Shown piece after piece: positions 25,937-35,382 of a stretch of DNA of 62,740 nucleotides. The notes beneath the pieces were generated by a model that was not told the origin of the DNA, did not search any database, and was given only the letters and a program-made list of their open reading frames with translations. Source of the stretch: Nanobdellota archaeon (GTDB taxonomy: Archaea; Nanobdellota; Nanobdellia; Woesearchaeales; GW2011-AR9); the NCBI GenBank assembly GCA_030697505.1, contig JAUYPX010000039.1, positions 1 through 62,740 of the forward strand, in the 5' to 3' direction. Made by a program: the position numbers and the translations under genes. Every line of letters begins with the position of its first letter. Positions within the stretch are counted from its first letter, which is position 1.

Positions 25937-27031
25937 ATGATCATCTTAGACGGCAACTATGGCGAAGGCGGCGGCGCCTTAGTAAGAACTGCTTTAGCCT
26001 TATCAGCCTTGACCGGACAGGAATTCAAAGTAACTAACATCCGAGCAGGCAGAAGTGATTCCGGGCTGAAGGCCCAGCATCTTACTGCCATCAAAGCCTT
26101 GAAAGAATTCTGTCATGCGGAAACTAATAACGTCGAGATGGGTTCTACTGAACTGCATTTCAAGCCGGGAAAAATCAAGAAAGGGATTTATGATATAGAT
26201 ATCGGTACCGCCGGAAGTATTACTCTGCTGCTCCAAGCATTGATCCTTCCCAGCTTATTTGCGCCGGGAAAAGTCACCTTCAATATTACCGGCGGCACCT
26301 GCGGCAAATGGCAGGCTTCCGTCGATTACTTGCAAAATATTCTGCTTCCCTATCTTCATCGCTTCGTGGAAAAGATTGAGATGAAAATTCTCAAGCGCGG
26401 CTATTATCCCAAAGGACAAGGATTAATTCGTTTAGAAATCAGCCCTCGCTTTAATATCCACAAGTACGCATCATTTTCTGCGCTCTCGGAAGAGCTGCCT
26501 TTCAAAGTTCCTAAGATAATTTTACTTGAACAAGGCAAATTAGAACAGATCCGCGGCATCGTCAATGTCTCCGCAGAATTACAAGAAAAAGAAGTGGGAG
26601 AGAGAATCAAAAATGCGGTAGTTGGCGGCCTGAAACAGTATAATGTTCCGGTCAACATACGAGTAGAATATGCTAAAGCAGAAAGCATCGGTGGAGAAGC
26701 CTTAGTCTGGGGAGTTTTCAGCAACGGCGGAAAAGTGGATTATGATAATCCTGTTCTTCTTGCCGGCGATGCCTTGGTCGAGAAGGGAAAAAGTTCAGAA
26801 GAGATCGGCAAAGAGGCAGCAGAAGAATTGAAGAAACAGGTTGATATACATTCTGCTGTAGATCATCATCTGGCCGATCAATTGATCCAATTCATGGGAT
26901 TATTGCCTGGCTCTAAAATTAAAGCTGGAGAAGTAAGCAAACATGCCGAGACTAACATGTATGTGCTCGAGAAGTTTTTACCGGTTGCCTTTAAAGTTGA
27001 GAAGAATGTAGTGAGTGTGGAAGAGAAGTAA
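25937..27031 (+). CDS. rtcA: RNA 3'-terminal phosphate cyclase
   Basis: MIILDGNYGEGGGALVRTALALSALTGQEFKVTNIRAGRSDSGLKAQHL matches the RtcA N terminus. Start moved from 25898 to the ATG at 25937. Confidence 0.85.
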   Translation: MIILDGNYGEGGGALVRTALALSALTGQEFKVTNIRAGRSDSGLKAQHLTAIKALKEFCHAETNNVEMGSTELHFKPGKIKKGIYDIDIGTAGSITLLLQALILPSLFAPGKVTFNITGGTCGKWQASVDYLQNILLPYLHRFVEKIEMKILKRGYYPKGQGLIRLEISPRFNIHKYASFSALSEELPFKVPKIILLEQGKLEQIRGIVNVSAELQEKEVGERIKNAVVGGLKQYNVPVNIRVEYAKAESIGGEALVWGVFSNGGKVDYDNPVLLAGDALVEKGKSSEEIGKEAAEELKKQVDIHSAVDHHLADQLIQFMGLLPGSKIKAGEVSKHAETNMYVLEKFLPVAFKVEKNVVSVEEK

Positions 27032-27144
27032 TTATATTTGCAACACAAAAAGCTTTATAAATAACCAGCCGTCTGTAGCATTTCATGTACTTAAAAAAGC
27101 AAAAAGGCTTTTTTGGTACATCAAAAATCATGGAGTGATTTTTA

Positions 27145-27315
27145 ATGCAAGCAAAAGTATGTATATCTACCAAGAAACGAATTGACAACGACGAAGGATC
27201 AGTTACCTTTCTCTGTCCAAAATGCGGAGACTATGAAATCGTCCGCAGTTCTTTCGCCAGGGTAAATGGATTGAAATATACCTGCCCGAAGTGCGAGTTT
27301 ACCGGACCTAACTAA
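27145..27315 (+). CDS. 56-aa Zn-ribbon protein of the kind commonly found next to archaeal ef1b
   Basis: Manual translation gives MQAKVCISTKKRIDNDEGSVTFLCPKCGDYEIVRSSFARVNGLKYTCPKCEFTGPN. Below the track size cutoff. Confidence 0.6.
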   Translation: MQAKVCISTKKRIDNDEGSVTFLCPKCGDYEIVRSSFARVNGLKYTCPKCEFTGPN

Positions 27316-27333
27316 TGCAGTGTATGTGCGCTC

Positions 27334-27600
27334 ATGGAAGAAGATCTTCAAAGTTTAGCAGACCGTCTGGAAAATGCCAGCAATCCTAAGGAATATTCTT
27401 TAGGAAAGTTGATGAGAGAAGCGGTTGAATTAACCACAATTAAGTATTTGTCCGGAATGGGATTAACCGGCGGAGAAAAAGAAAAATTTGTGGGCATGCT
27501 TGAGGCTCGGTTAGCAAAATTGTATCAAGAAGCGGATTCGAGAGAGCAAGTATACAGAAAATCATCCTACGTCATTCGACCAAGTCGAAAATCAAGGTAA
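27334..27600 (+). CDS. Hypothetical protein
   Basis: 88-aa ORF between the Zn-ribbon gene and ef1b. Confidence 0.35.
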   Translation: MEEDLQSLADRLENASNPKEYSLGKLMREAVELTTIKYLSGMGLTGGEKEKFVGMLEARLAKLYQEADSREQVYRKSSYVIRPSRKSR

Positions 27601-27604
27601 AAAT

Positions 27605-27883
27605 ATGGCCAAAGCGATCATCACTTTCAAATTAATGCCTGAATCTCCTGATGTAGATCTGGAAGCGATCAAGACCAAAGCATTGGAAATTGCTGAGAGA
27701 GCAGGCGCTATCGGGCAGATGCAAAGCAAAATAGAACCGATCGCCTTCGGCTTGAAAGCAGTTCTCATTTTAGCGATGTATGAGGTGGAAGGCGCTGATT
27801 TCGACGCTATTGCGGAAAAGATGGCTGCCATCAAAGGCGTGCAAAGCGCCGAAGTAGCCAAGATGGATCTTGCTCTCGGATAG
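27605..27883 (+). CDS. ef1b: Translation elongation factor aEF-1 beta
   Basis: MAKAIITFKLMPESPDVDLEAIK...EPIAFGLKAV...EGADFDAIAEKMAAIKGVQSAEV. Confidence 0.9.
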   Translation: MAKAIITFKLMPESPDVDLEAIKTKALEIAERAGAIGQMQSKIEPIAFGLKAVLILAMYEVEGADFDAIAEKMAAIKGVQSAEVAKMDLALG

Positions 27884-28249
27884 ATGTTTGGAGCAAAGGT
27901 GGCAGTAATAAAGAAGTGGAAAATAAGCGCATTGGATGCTAGTAATTCTAAAGAACTTGCCGATTTAGAACGTAAAATTGAATTTTTTCAAAAATATGCT
28001 TCTGCTCTGGATAAAGTTGGGAAGAAAAGAGTTCGCTCCTATGCGATTGATATTGTTTGTTCAGAAAGGAACTATACTGAAATAGAATCTTCCGGTAATT
28101 ATTTAAAATTTAATTCTGAAGGTAAAGATGGCATGGGTGCACATCTAGAAGTGTATTGCGAAGTAGGGGCAGATGGGTTACCCCGATATGATTTTCGTAT
28201 CAATGAGTATCATTACAAGGTTATACCTAAAAAGTCAAGAAAGATATAG
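27884..28249 (+). CDS. Hypothetical protein
   Basis: 121-aa ORF starting immediately after the ef1b stop. Confidence 0.4.
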   Translation: MFGAKVAVIKKWKISALDASNSKELADLERKIEFFQKYASALDKVGKKRVRSYAIDIVCSERNYTEIESSGNYLKFNSEGKDGMGAHLEVYCEVGADGLPRYDFRINEYHYKVIPKKSRKI

Positions 28250-28253
28250 GAGA

Positions 28254-29093
28254 TTAGATCTTCTGCAACTTATTTACCGAATCGAGTGCTTTTAATCGTT
28301 CTCCTGCATCAATGCTCTGCCCCCATAGATTCCAGAATACTTTCTGCAGCCAGGAGATCCATTCTTGTTCTTGGATCAGATAGAACAGGAACGTTTTTTC
28401 TTTCAGCTCCCGGCAATATAACGGGCTCATCACTTCTTTGATGGAAACAAAACTGTCGTCAACTACGATCGCCCGCAGCGGCTGTTCGCAATGCCTGATT
28501 TCCACTGCATCCCAACCTACACGTTGATTCAGCGAGAGCATTTCTTCAGTATTTTTCTGCGATGTGATATCCACTCTAGTCAGGACTTTTATTCTGATTT
28601 TTCTCTTTGCTAAATCCTCTAATACTTTGTGGATGTTCGGACCTAACTCAACCCAGGAGAGATTACCGGAAAAGAATAATATCTGCTGCTGTGCCTGTGG
28701 GAGTAAATAGTCAAAACGAATCTGCTGCTGCTGGGAAAATTCAGTCTTCTCAATGAATGCTTTCCTATTCTCAGGATCAACAAATTGGTAAATGTCTAAA
28801 GGAGAAAAATCTTCTTTGCGTTTTCCCTGGATAATTTTCAGTAATAACCGTTCCTGATAGGCGCTGCCTTTGGCTCTTTCCAAGGCATTCCAATACACTA
28901 CTTTCAATGCACCCCTGCTTCCTTCCCGAAAGATTCTGACCGCAATTAATCCAGTTTCCTGGGCAATGAGTTCTACATACCTATCCGCAGTCCGCCAGTT
29001 TTTGCCGATAGTTTCTGCTATCTCCTGAATAGTTCTTGGCTTTTGTTGGATAATGCGGATAATACTGTCCTTGATTTCTTTTTGTATCACCAT
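28254..29093 (-). CDS. Winged-HTH transcriptional regulator (TrmB-like architecture suspected)
   Basis: N-terminal IIRIIQQKPRTIQEIAETIGKNWRTADRYVELIAQETGLI. C-terminal domain not recognised. Confidence 0.4.
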   Translation of the reverse strand: MVIQKEIKDSIIRIIQQKPRTIQEIAETIGKNWRTADRYVELIAQETGLIAVRIFREGSRGALKVVYWNALERAKGSAYQERLLLKIIQGKRKEDFSPLDIYQFVDPENRKAFIEKTEFSQQQQIRFDYLLPQAQQQILFFSGNLSWVELGPNIHKVLEDLAKRKIRIKVLTRVDITSQKNTEEMLSLNQRVGWDAVEIRHCEQPLRAIVVDDSFVSIKEVMSPLYCRELKEKTFLFYLIQEQEWISWLQKVFWNLWGQSIDAGERLKALDSVNKLQKI

Positions 29094-29161
29094 AAATACA
29101 ACACTGCTACATATTTTTGGTACGTAATTACTATTTTAACTACAAGTATATATGTATTTTG

Positions 29162-29650
29162 ATGGTAAAAACACAAATTCTGGTTGAAGGCCCGGACTGT
29201 TCCGGAAAAACGACTTTAGTGGAAAGGCTAAAGAATGAATTACATTGGGATGCCAAAGCGCTGCACCATCTGGAAGGAAATCAATTTAAGAGATATTTGC
29301 GTGAATATGCTCTTCAGGAAAAAATTATTTTCAACCGCGGCCATTATTCTGAAATTGCCTACGGAAAACTGTGGAGGGGCGGAAATCCGTTCTCTGAAAT
29401 GGAAAAGAATATTCTCGACCAGCTTTGCCATCAGAACATGATTATTATTTTTGCCTGTCCGCCGCTTGAAGTGTTACAGCAGCGATATCAGCAAAGAAAT
29501 TTCCCTCAGCAGATTAAATATGAAGAACTAGGCCAGGTAAGGGAGAATTTTTGTGAGTTGATGGAATCGACGCCACATTTGCTTTACCAATCCTGCTCAT
29601 ATGATGAATTGCAATCCCTTATACAAAATGCGGCCAGAAAAATACAATGA
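29162..29650 (+). CDS. P-loop kinase (thymidylate/deoxynucleoside-kinase-like)
   Basis: ILVEGPDCSGKTTLVERL Walker A. 4-bp overlap with dcd. Start moved to the ATG at 29162. Confidence 0.45.
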   Translation: MVKTQILVEGPDCSGKTTLVERLKNELHWDAKALHHLEGNQFKRYLREYALQEKIIFNRGHYSEIAYGKLWRGGNPFSEMEKNILDQLCHQNMIIIFACPPLEVLQQRYQQRNFPQQIKYEELGQVRENFCELMESTPHLLYQSCSYDELQSLIQNAARKIQ

Positions 29651-30168
29651 TATTGACAGGTTCGGAGATTAAAGAACAAGTTTTACGCAACAAGATACAT
29701 ATTGATCCGTTCGACGAAAAAAATCTCAATCCCAACAGCTATAATTTCAGATTAGGAAATACTTTGAAAGTATACAAACAGAAAATTCTTGATCCAGCTC
29801 AGCCCATGGCTTTTGAAGAAATAGTTATTCCGGATGAAGGATATGTGCTCCAGCCCAATCAACTCTATTTAGGACATACCATTGAAGAGATGGGCTCAGA
29901 TTTTTTTGTTCCCATTATGCAGGCGCGCAGCTCTATAGGAAGATTAGGCTTGTACATCTATCTGAATTCAGGATTAGGCGATCTAGGCTTCAAGAAACAA
30001 TGGACTTTAGAGCTGCATGCCATCCATCCTTTAAGAGTTTACCCAGAAATGAAAATAGGGCAGATGCTGTTCTGGAAACCGTTGGGGGAAATTAAACTGT
30101 ATCAAGGTAAATATAAAGATTCAAAAGGCCCGGAAGTCAGCCAGATCTGGAAGGATTTTGAAAAATAA
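29647..30168 (+). CDS. dcd: dCTP deaminase
   Basis: MILTGSEIKEQV...IDPFDEKNLNPNSYNFRLG...ARSSIGRLGL. Confidence 0.85.
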   Translation: MILTGSEIKEQVLRNKIHIDPFDEKNLNPNSYNFRLGNTLKVYKQKILDPAQPMAFEEIVIPDEGYVLQPNQLYLGHTIEEMGSDFFVPIMQARSSIGRLGLYIYLNSGLGDLGFKKQWTLELHAIHPLRVYPEMKIGQMLFWKPLGEIKLYQGKYKDSKGPEVSQIWKDFEK

Positions 30169-30216
30169 TTTTATTCACTACACAACTTATTTATACTTAC
30201 ATAGTTTTTTTCATGT

Positions 30217-30780
30217 ATGCTGAGAAAATTAGGTGCTGCAATTTTAACCATTTTTTTGATAGGCTGTACCGTACATTCACCAGCTCAAAAAATAACTATG
30301 GGGGCTTCAACCATGAAACTAACCAGCTCAGCTTTTACCGAAGGAGGAAAAATTCCTTCCAAATATACCTGCGATGGAGAAAATAGTAGTCCGCCATTAT
30401 CAATCTCCAATGTTCCTGCAAGAGCAAAAAGTTTAGTATTAATCATGGACGACCCGGACATTCCGGAAATAGCGAAGAAAAGTTTCAACGTCAGCGTCTG
30501 GGACCACTGGGTTGTTTTTAATATTCCTCCTGGAACAAAAGCACTATCTGAAGGAAAAAATCCTCCGGGTTATCTAGGCAGAAACACCAGAGGCAATAAT
30601 ACTTATAGCGGCCCATGCCCTCCAGATCGAGAACATCGTTATTTCTTCAAGCTCTATGCCTTAGATGCAGAACTAAAACTTTCCCAAGGTTCTAGCAAAG
30701 CAGAAGTGGAGAAAGCTATGGAAGGACATATTATTGCAGAAGCGCAGTTGATGGGAAGATATGAACGGGTGAAGAAGTAA
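30217..30780 (+). CDS. PEBP/YbhB-YbcL family protein with a lipobox signal peptide
   Basis: AAILTIFLIGCTVH (L-I-G-C). DDPD...HRYFFKLYALD is the PEBP signature. Confidence 0.8.
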   Translation: MLRKLGAAILTIFLIGCTVHSPAQKITMGASTMKLTSSAFTEGGKIPSKYTCDGENSSPPLSISNVPARAKSLVLIMDDPDIPEIAKKSFNVSVWDHWVVFNIPPGTKALSEGKNPPGYLGRNTRGNNTYSGPCPPDREHRYFFKLYALDAELKLSQGSSKAEVEKAMEGHIIAEAQLMGRYERVKK

Positions 30781-30794
30781 GACTATATAAATAA

Positions 30795-31217
30795 TTAATT
30801 TTTTTTCCGTCCTTCTCGTAATTCTTCTATCTCTTTTGGAGTCTTCCCTAGTTCTCTTTCATGACCAGGAGCAGCGCCTTCATTTATTTTTATTTGAGGT
30901 AGCTCAATTGTAGGCATATATTCTCCTAGTGAATTAATGAGTTTCCCCCATGCTTTGCTAAATTCATCATCAGTCCATCCTAGTGTGTATTGAACTCTTT
31001 TAAACGTTGAAGGAAAATTTACTAAATAACCTGCTAATTTCACTGTATCTTTTATATTACTCTTCCCTCCTAGCGTCTGCTCCAGAGCAGCATAAGTGCC
31101 TGAAGGTAAATAAAGAATTTTGCTCTCTTCATTAACCACTTCTCCAAAATCTCCCGGGGAATAGGGAAGATTATCTGATGGCTGAATCACCAATCTTTCT
31201 AATTTTTTCTCAGTCAT
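30795..31217 (-). CDS. Hypothetical protein
   Basis: 140-aa ORF overlapping the msrB stop by 4 bp. Confidence 0.45.
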   Translation of the reverse strand: MTEKKLERLVIQPSDNLPYSPGDFGEVVNEESKILYLPSGTYAALEQTLGGKSNIKDTVKLAGYLVNFPSTFKRVQYTLGWTDDEFSKAWGKLINSLGEYMPTIELPQIKINEGAAPGHERELGKTPKEIEELREGRKKN

Positions 31218-31633
31218 TTTTTCTTCTCCTTCTTCCTATCTTTTAAACCTTTCTCAAAATCCAACGATACAGAATTGATGCAATATCTCTTCCCGGTCGG
31301 CTTTGGACCATCATCAAATAGATGCCCTAGATGGCCGTCGCATTTCTTGCACCTCACTTCGATCCGATGTATGCCCTGGCTGTAATCATCCTTGGTCTCA
31401 ATATTCTTTTTGTTGGCTTCAAAAAAACTAGGCCAGCCGCAGCCAGAATCAAACTTGGTGTCAGAAGAAAATAGTTCAGCGCCGCAATCAGCGCACATAT
31501 ACACGCCTTTTTCTTTGTTGTGAAGAAGTTTACCGCTGAAGGGCGCTTCTGTCCCTTTTTCCCGCAGAACATGATATTGTTCCGGCGTTAATCTCTTTTT
31601 CTGTAGAACCTCCTTCATAGCCGAATTGAACAA
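31214..31633 (-). CDS. msrB: Peptide-methionine (R)-S-oxide reductase
   Basis: [41 protein letters not shown]. Confidence 0.9.
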   Translation of the reverse strand: MFNSAMKEVLQKKRLTPEQYHVLREKGTEAPFSGKLLHNKEKGVYMCADCGAELFSSDTKFDSGCGWPSFFEANKKNIETKDDYSQGIHRIEVRCKKCDGHLGHLFDDGPKPTGKRYCINSVSLDFEKGLKDRKKEKKK

Positions 31634-31646
31634 AGCTTAAAATATA

Positions 31647-31754
31647 AAACCTTCCATAGAGGATTTTGAAAAGCTATCAAAGGCTGATGCCTTTGGAGTT
31701 TCCGAAAAACGTAGTTTTTCGATAAACTATTCAAAATCCTTCTTAGAAGGCTTT
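31647..31754. other. Compound hairpin (closing stem plus two hairpins) between the divergent msrB and MFS genes
   Basis: CCTTC...AGGATTTTGA (31650-69) pairs with TCAAAATCCT...GAAGG (31731-50). It encloses CAAAGGC-tgat-GCCTTTG and CGAAAAAC-gta-GTTTTTCG. Confidence 0.4.
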
Positions 31755-31826
31755 GCGAAACTAATTTTAGAATACAAAGCCTTCTATAGAAAACCATAAA
31801 AAGTCCCCTTTTAATGTATAGTCTCC

Positions 31827-32981
31827 ATGAGAAAATACTTTAATGCTATCAGAAATATTGTAGTTGCGCCAGAATTATATTTCTCCAGGGTTAAGTCCGG
31901 ATTCTTTTTACTGCTTCTTTTTTCCATCTGCGCCAACTTTTCTTCATCTTTTATTCCCTTTTATTTCAAGGAACAAGGATTTTCTCTCGCTTGGATTATT
32001 TTGATGTATGCGATCTATGCTTCTGTCGGGATGATCCTGATTCCATTTTTTAGGAACTTCTCTATGCGTACCTATTTTATTGCCGGCTTTCTGATATTTA
32101 GTTCTGCTTTAGCTTCTCTTGCTTTACTACCTTCTGCTATTTCATTTTATATATACGCAATTTTACTAGGCCTTAACTTAATTTTATTCTGGCTTCCACT
32201 CAATTATCTGTTCTTTCTTAAATCCAGTAAAGATACCAATGCTGTAGATTCTTCACTTTACATGGTCGCGCCAGGAGTGATTGCCATGGTTTTGCCATTG
32301 TTTGGGGCTGCGGTGGCTGATTCTATGGGATATGTTTGGCTTTTTGGACTTGCTGCTTTACTTTATTTATTACCCATCATTTTTGTTTATAAAAAAATTC
32401 CTGAGGAGAAAATAACCACGGTTCCATTCCTAGAAGGAGTGCGGCATTTCAAAGGTTTGAAAACCATCAGCATGTTTGAAGGGGCTTTGCAGCATTTCAG
32501 CGGCATCGTGGTTGCAGTCTATGCTTTACTCTTTCTAAAAACAAATCTTGAAGTAGGATATTTCTTAAGCTACCTTGGCTTGCTTGGATTTATCATCGGC
32601 ATGCTCCTCTCACGGTACTCTGACAAGAATCAAAAAAGGAAAGCCTTCATTTTCGTTCTCTTCGGCCTGATGTCATTGTCGATATTTATCCTTCCCCTCT
32701 CCAAAGAAAATATCACTTGGTTTATCACGGTGGGGATATTTACGGTAATTTATACTATCTCCTCACCGCTGCGCTTAGCAGTTTCTCTTGATGTGCGCAT
32801 AGCGGACATGAATTTTTGGAAGATTCGTGAATTCTTCCTGAATGTAGGCAGAGTAGCGACTCTTTTAGTGACAGTTGTTTTGTTTAGTCTACAACAATAT
32901 TTCTTGGTCTTTGCGCTCTTTGGATCTATTGCCTTGGCTTATCCATTTTTAGTGAGCTATAAATTGAAAGAAGTGAAGTGA
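31827..32981 (+). CDS. MFS-type transporter (~12 TM)
   Basis: Polytopic hydrophobic profile with a central loop. Family-level call only. Confidence 0.6.
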   Translation: MRKYFNAIRNIVVAPELYFSRVKSGFFLLLLFSICANFSSSFIPFYFKEQGFSLAWIILMYAIYASVGMILIPFFRNFSMRTYFIAGFLIFSSALASLALLPSAISFYIYAILLGLNLILFWLPLNYLFFLKSSKDTNAVDSSLYMVAPGVIAMVLPLFGAAVADSMGYVWLFGLAALLYLLPIIFVYKKIPEEKITTVPFLEGVRHFKGLKTISMFEGALQHFSGIVVAVYALLFLKTNLEVGYFLSYLGLLGFIIGMLLSRYSDKNQKRKAFIFVLFGLMSLSIFILPLSKENITWFITVGIFTVIYTISSPLRLAVSLDVRIADMNFWKIREFFLNVGRVATLLVTVVLFSLQQYFLVFALFGSIALAYPFLVSYKLKEVK

Positions 32982-32988
32982 GAATAAT

Positions 32989-34110
32989 TTATTTTTTCAT
33001 CACCTTTACTACTTCCTTAACACTCTTTTCAGTCTTAATCCCCGTCCAAGAAAACTGAGTCCGTACACCTTTCACTTTCTTCAAGATTGGTTCTAATTTT
33101 GTCGTTTCCAAGCCATACTTCTTGGCGATGACGTGCAGATCATAAAATCCAACTCTATCATTCTTTGATTCTTGATACAGCAGATCTAAAAATCTCTCTT
33201 CTTCGGGAAAAGGATTTTCTTTTTTCATTTTTGCAATGAGTTTTTTGTCAGATAAATTTCCTTTCCATAAAGGGCCGAAATACTCGAATCCTTCTGCTTG
33301 ATTGAACTCAGAAACTGTAAACTCCAAAGTTTTGGGATTAAACAGCAAATACTGGTGCTCTTTCAAGATTTTGTCACATTTTTCTTTCCCTTTCACGCAT
33401 TTGAAATAGATCCGAAAATAATGATCCTTATGATATGCTAGTATAGGAATCAAGGCTTTGTCGAACTGTACTCCTTGCAATTGCACTTTCCGAATAAGAA
33501 TCCGTAACCCAATCTCATGCATCATATAATTGCGCACCGCTTTAGCCCAGTATTTCCGCTTCGTAACTTTTGGATATGTGCCAGTAAGTGCAGCAGTATC
33601 GGTCGCAGTTATCGCAATAATTCCTTCACGAGTGATTCGCGCCACTGCAGATGCCAGAAATGGATTAGGGCTGCCGAAGGGATCAATATCAATATAATCA
33701 AAATAGCCGCAGAATTCATCGCCAATACAATTCTTCACTTGATTCAGCAAAAACAGATTGGCATCATCATTATGAATGATAAGTTTATCGCGTAGATCAT
33801 TTTTCACAGCATTTAGTTTCAGATTCTCCGCCATCACTTTAGGAAAATTCTCTTTTATGTCGTTCACAAAAATATTTTTTATTTTCCCAGCTTCAAGTTC
33901 TTTCAAGAACCGCAGCTCGCGGATTCCAGATCCAGCAAGAGGAGAAGCGATATTCATCTTTTCATTCTCAACAGAATTCAGCAGCAGGATGGCAATATTG
34001 CGATTTGATTTCATCACCGGATTATAAAATACTTCCATCTGGGCATGAACATCTTTGGGTGGAAGTTCTATATCTATTTTACAGGAATGTTCGGTGATCA
34101 AGTTTTTCAT
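32989..34110 (-). CDS. trm1: tRNA (guanine26-N2)-dimethyltransferase
   Basis: VFYNPVMKSNRNIAILLL, PLAGSGIRELRF, DIDPFGSPNPFL. Confidence 0.85.
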   Translation of the reverse strand: MKNLITEHSCKIDIELPPKDVHAQMEVFYNPVMKSNRNIAILLLNSVENEKMNIASPLAGSGIRELRFLKELEAGKIKNIFVNDIKENFPKVMAENLKLNAVKNDLRDKLIIHNDDANLFLLNQVKNCIGDEFCGYFDYIDIDPFGSPNPFLASAVARITREGIIAITATDTAALTGTYPKVTKRKYWAKAVRNYMMHEIGLRILIRKVQLQGVQFDKALIPILAYHKDHYFRIYFKCVKGKEKCDKILKEHQYLLFNPKTLEFTVSEFNQAEGFEYFGPLWKGNLSDKKLIAKMKKENPFPEEERFLDLLYQESKNDRVGFYDLHVIAKKYGLETTKLEPILKKVKGVRTQFSWTGIKTEKSVKEVVKVMKK

Positions 34111-34111
34111 T

Positions 34112-34741
34112 TTATGCGAATATTTTCTTTCCTATCCTCACCCTAGTTGCCCCTTCTTCTAGAGCAATCCTATAGCTCTCAGACATCCCCATGGAAAGCA
34201 TAGATAGGTTATATTCTTTTTGGAGCTTATCAAAAATGATCTTCATCTCTTTAAAATAAGGGCGAAGTTCTTCTGCATCAGCAAGAGCTGGCCCCATAGT
34301 CATCAGTCCTTTCAATCGAAGGTTAGTGAGTCTTGAAATATTGGCGGCTAGTTTTTCTACTTCTTCCGGAGCGCAGCCGGTTTTGTTTTTCTCTTTTGCA
34401 ATATTCACCTCTATAAGAACAGGCATATTTTTATTTATTTTTTTACATTCTTCATTAATTTTTTGTGCAAGGGGAAGACTATCTGCGGTTTGAATCAGGT
34501 CAAATATTTTCACCGCCGTTGATACTTTATTTCTCTGTAAGTGCCCTAGGAGATGAAATGCAACTTTACCCGCTAAATGATGATGTTTTTCCGCTGCTTC
34601 TTTGACGTAATTCTCTCCGATAATTGTTATTCCGGCAGAAATCGTTTTGTTTATCTCTTCTACCGTCCTTCCCTTAGTTGCAACAACTAAAGTTACTCCC
34701 TTTAGTTGTCCTTTTATTTGTTGAATTTCCTGTTCAATCAC
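34112..34741 (-). CDS. yggS: YggS/PROSC family PLP-binding protein
   Basis: LVVATKGRT, HLLGHLQRNKV, LKGLMTMGP, LSMGMSESY, RIGKKIF. Confidence 0.85.
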   Translation of the reverse strand: MIEQEIQQIKGQLKGVTLVVATKGRTVEEINKTISAGITIIGENYVKEAAEKHHHLAGKVAFHLLGHLQRNKVSTAVKIFDLIQTADSLPLAQKINEECKKINKNMPVLIEVNIAKEKNKTGCAPEEVEKLAANISRLTNLRLKGLMTMGPALADAEELRPYFKEMKIIFDKLQKEYNLSMLSMGMSESYRIALEEGATRVRIGKKIFA

Positions 34742-34782
34742 TTTATTGGTAAGATAAAAAGAAATAACTTAAATCTTTTGAC

Positions 34783-35286
34783 CTATTTTTTTATCTTGTA
34801 TTCTAGAGTGTCTTGCTCAGCAAGTTCCTGCGGCAATCTCCATTCCCCTATCTTGCGTTTCGCTTTTTCTTCTCCCCAGATTGTCGATAAGATATGTTCG
34901 GTATCTTCATACCAGGTTTGTTTTCTGATCGCTGAAGCATCGATAGTCTTTGCAGGGCTATTGATGATGGAAGAAGCCATGTTCCTGAACATAATTGGCT
35001 GATTAAAATTAACATAGCTCTGTTCATCTTCTAACCTTAACCCAAGACAATCATGGACTTGGCCAACTTTAGCAATCTTTTGGATAAAGATTATCGCTCG
35101 ATCAAGTGTATAAGCAGGGGTATAATCCTGCAAGCCATGTTTTTTGTTGTGATTCATTATATCCGTAGTCCCTTTAAGTGCTCGGACATAAAAATCTCCA
35201 GGAACATAATCACTTCTATGATGTGCAAATTGGATAGCCAGCACTTTGTGTTGTCTATCAGTATAGAGAAGCCGGTATCTTACCAT
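34783..35286 (-). CDS. Hypothetical protein
   Basis: 167-aa ORF. Family not recognised. Confidence 0.4.
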   Translation of the reverse strand: MVRYRLLYTDRQHKVLAIQFAHHRSDYVPGDFYVRALKGTTDIMNHNKKHGLQDYTPAYTLDRAIIFIQKIAKVGQVHDCLGLRLEDEQSYVNFNQPIMFRNMASSIINSPAKTIDASAIRKQTWYEDTEHILSTIWGEEKAKRKIGEWRLPQELAEQDTLEYKIKK

Positions 35287-35382
35287 TTTTTTTAAGGGCC
35301 ATAGTTACTTTAAAAAGATTATTATGAATTTTGATTAACCTACCAGCATAAATTTAAAAAGAATCATTCAGCTTTACTGCTC

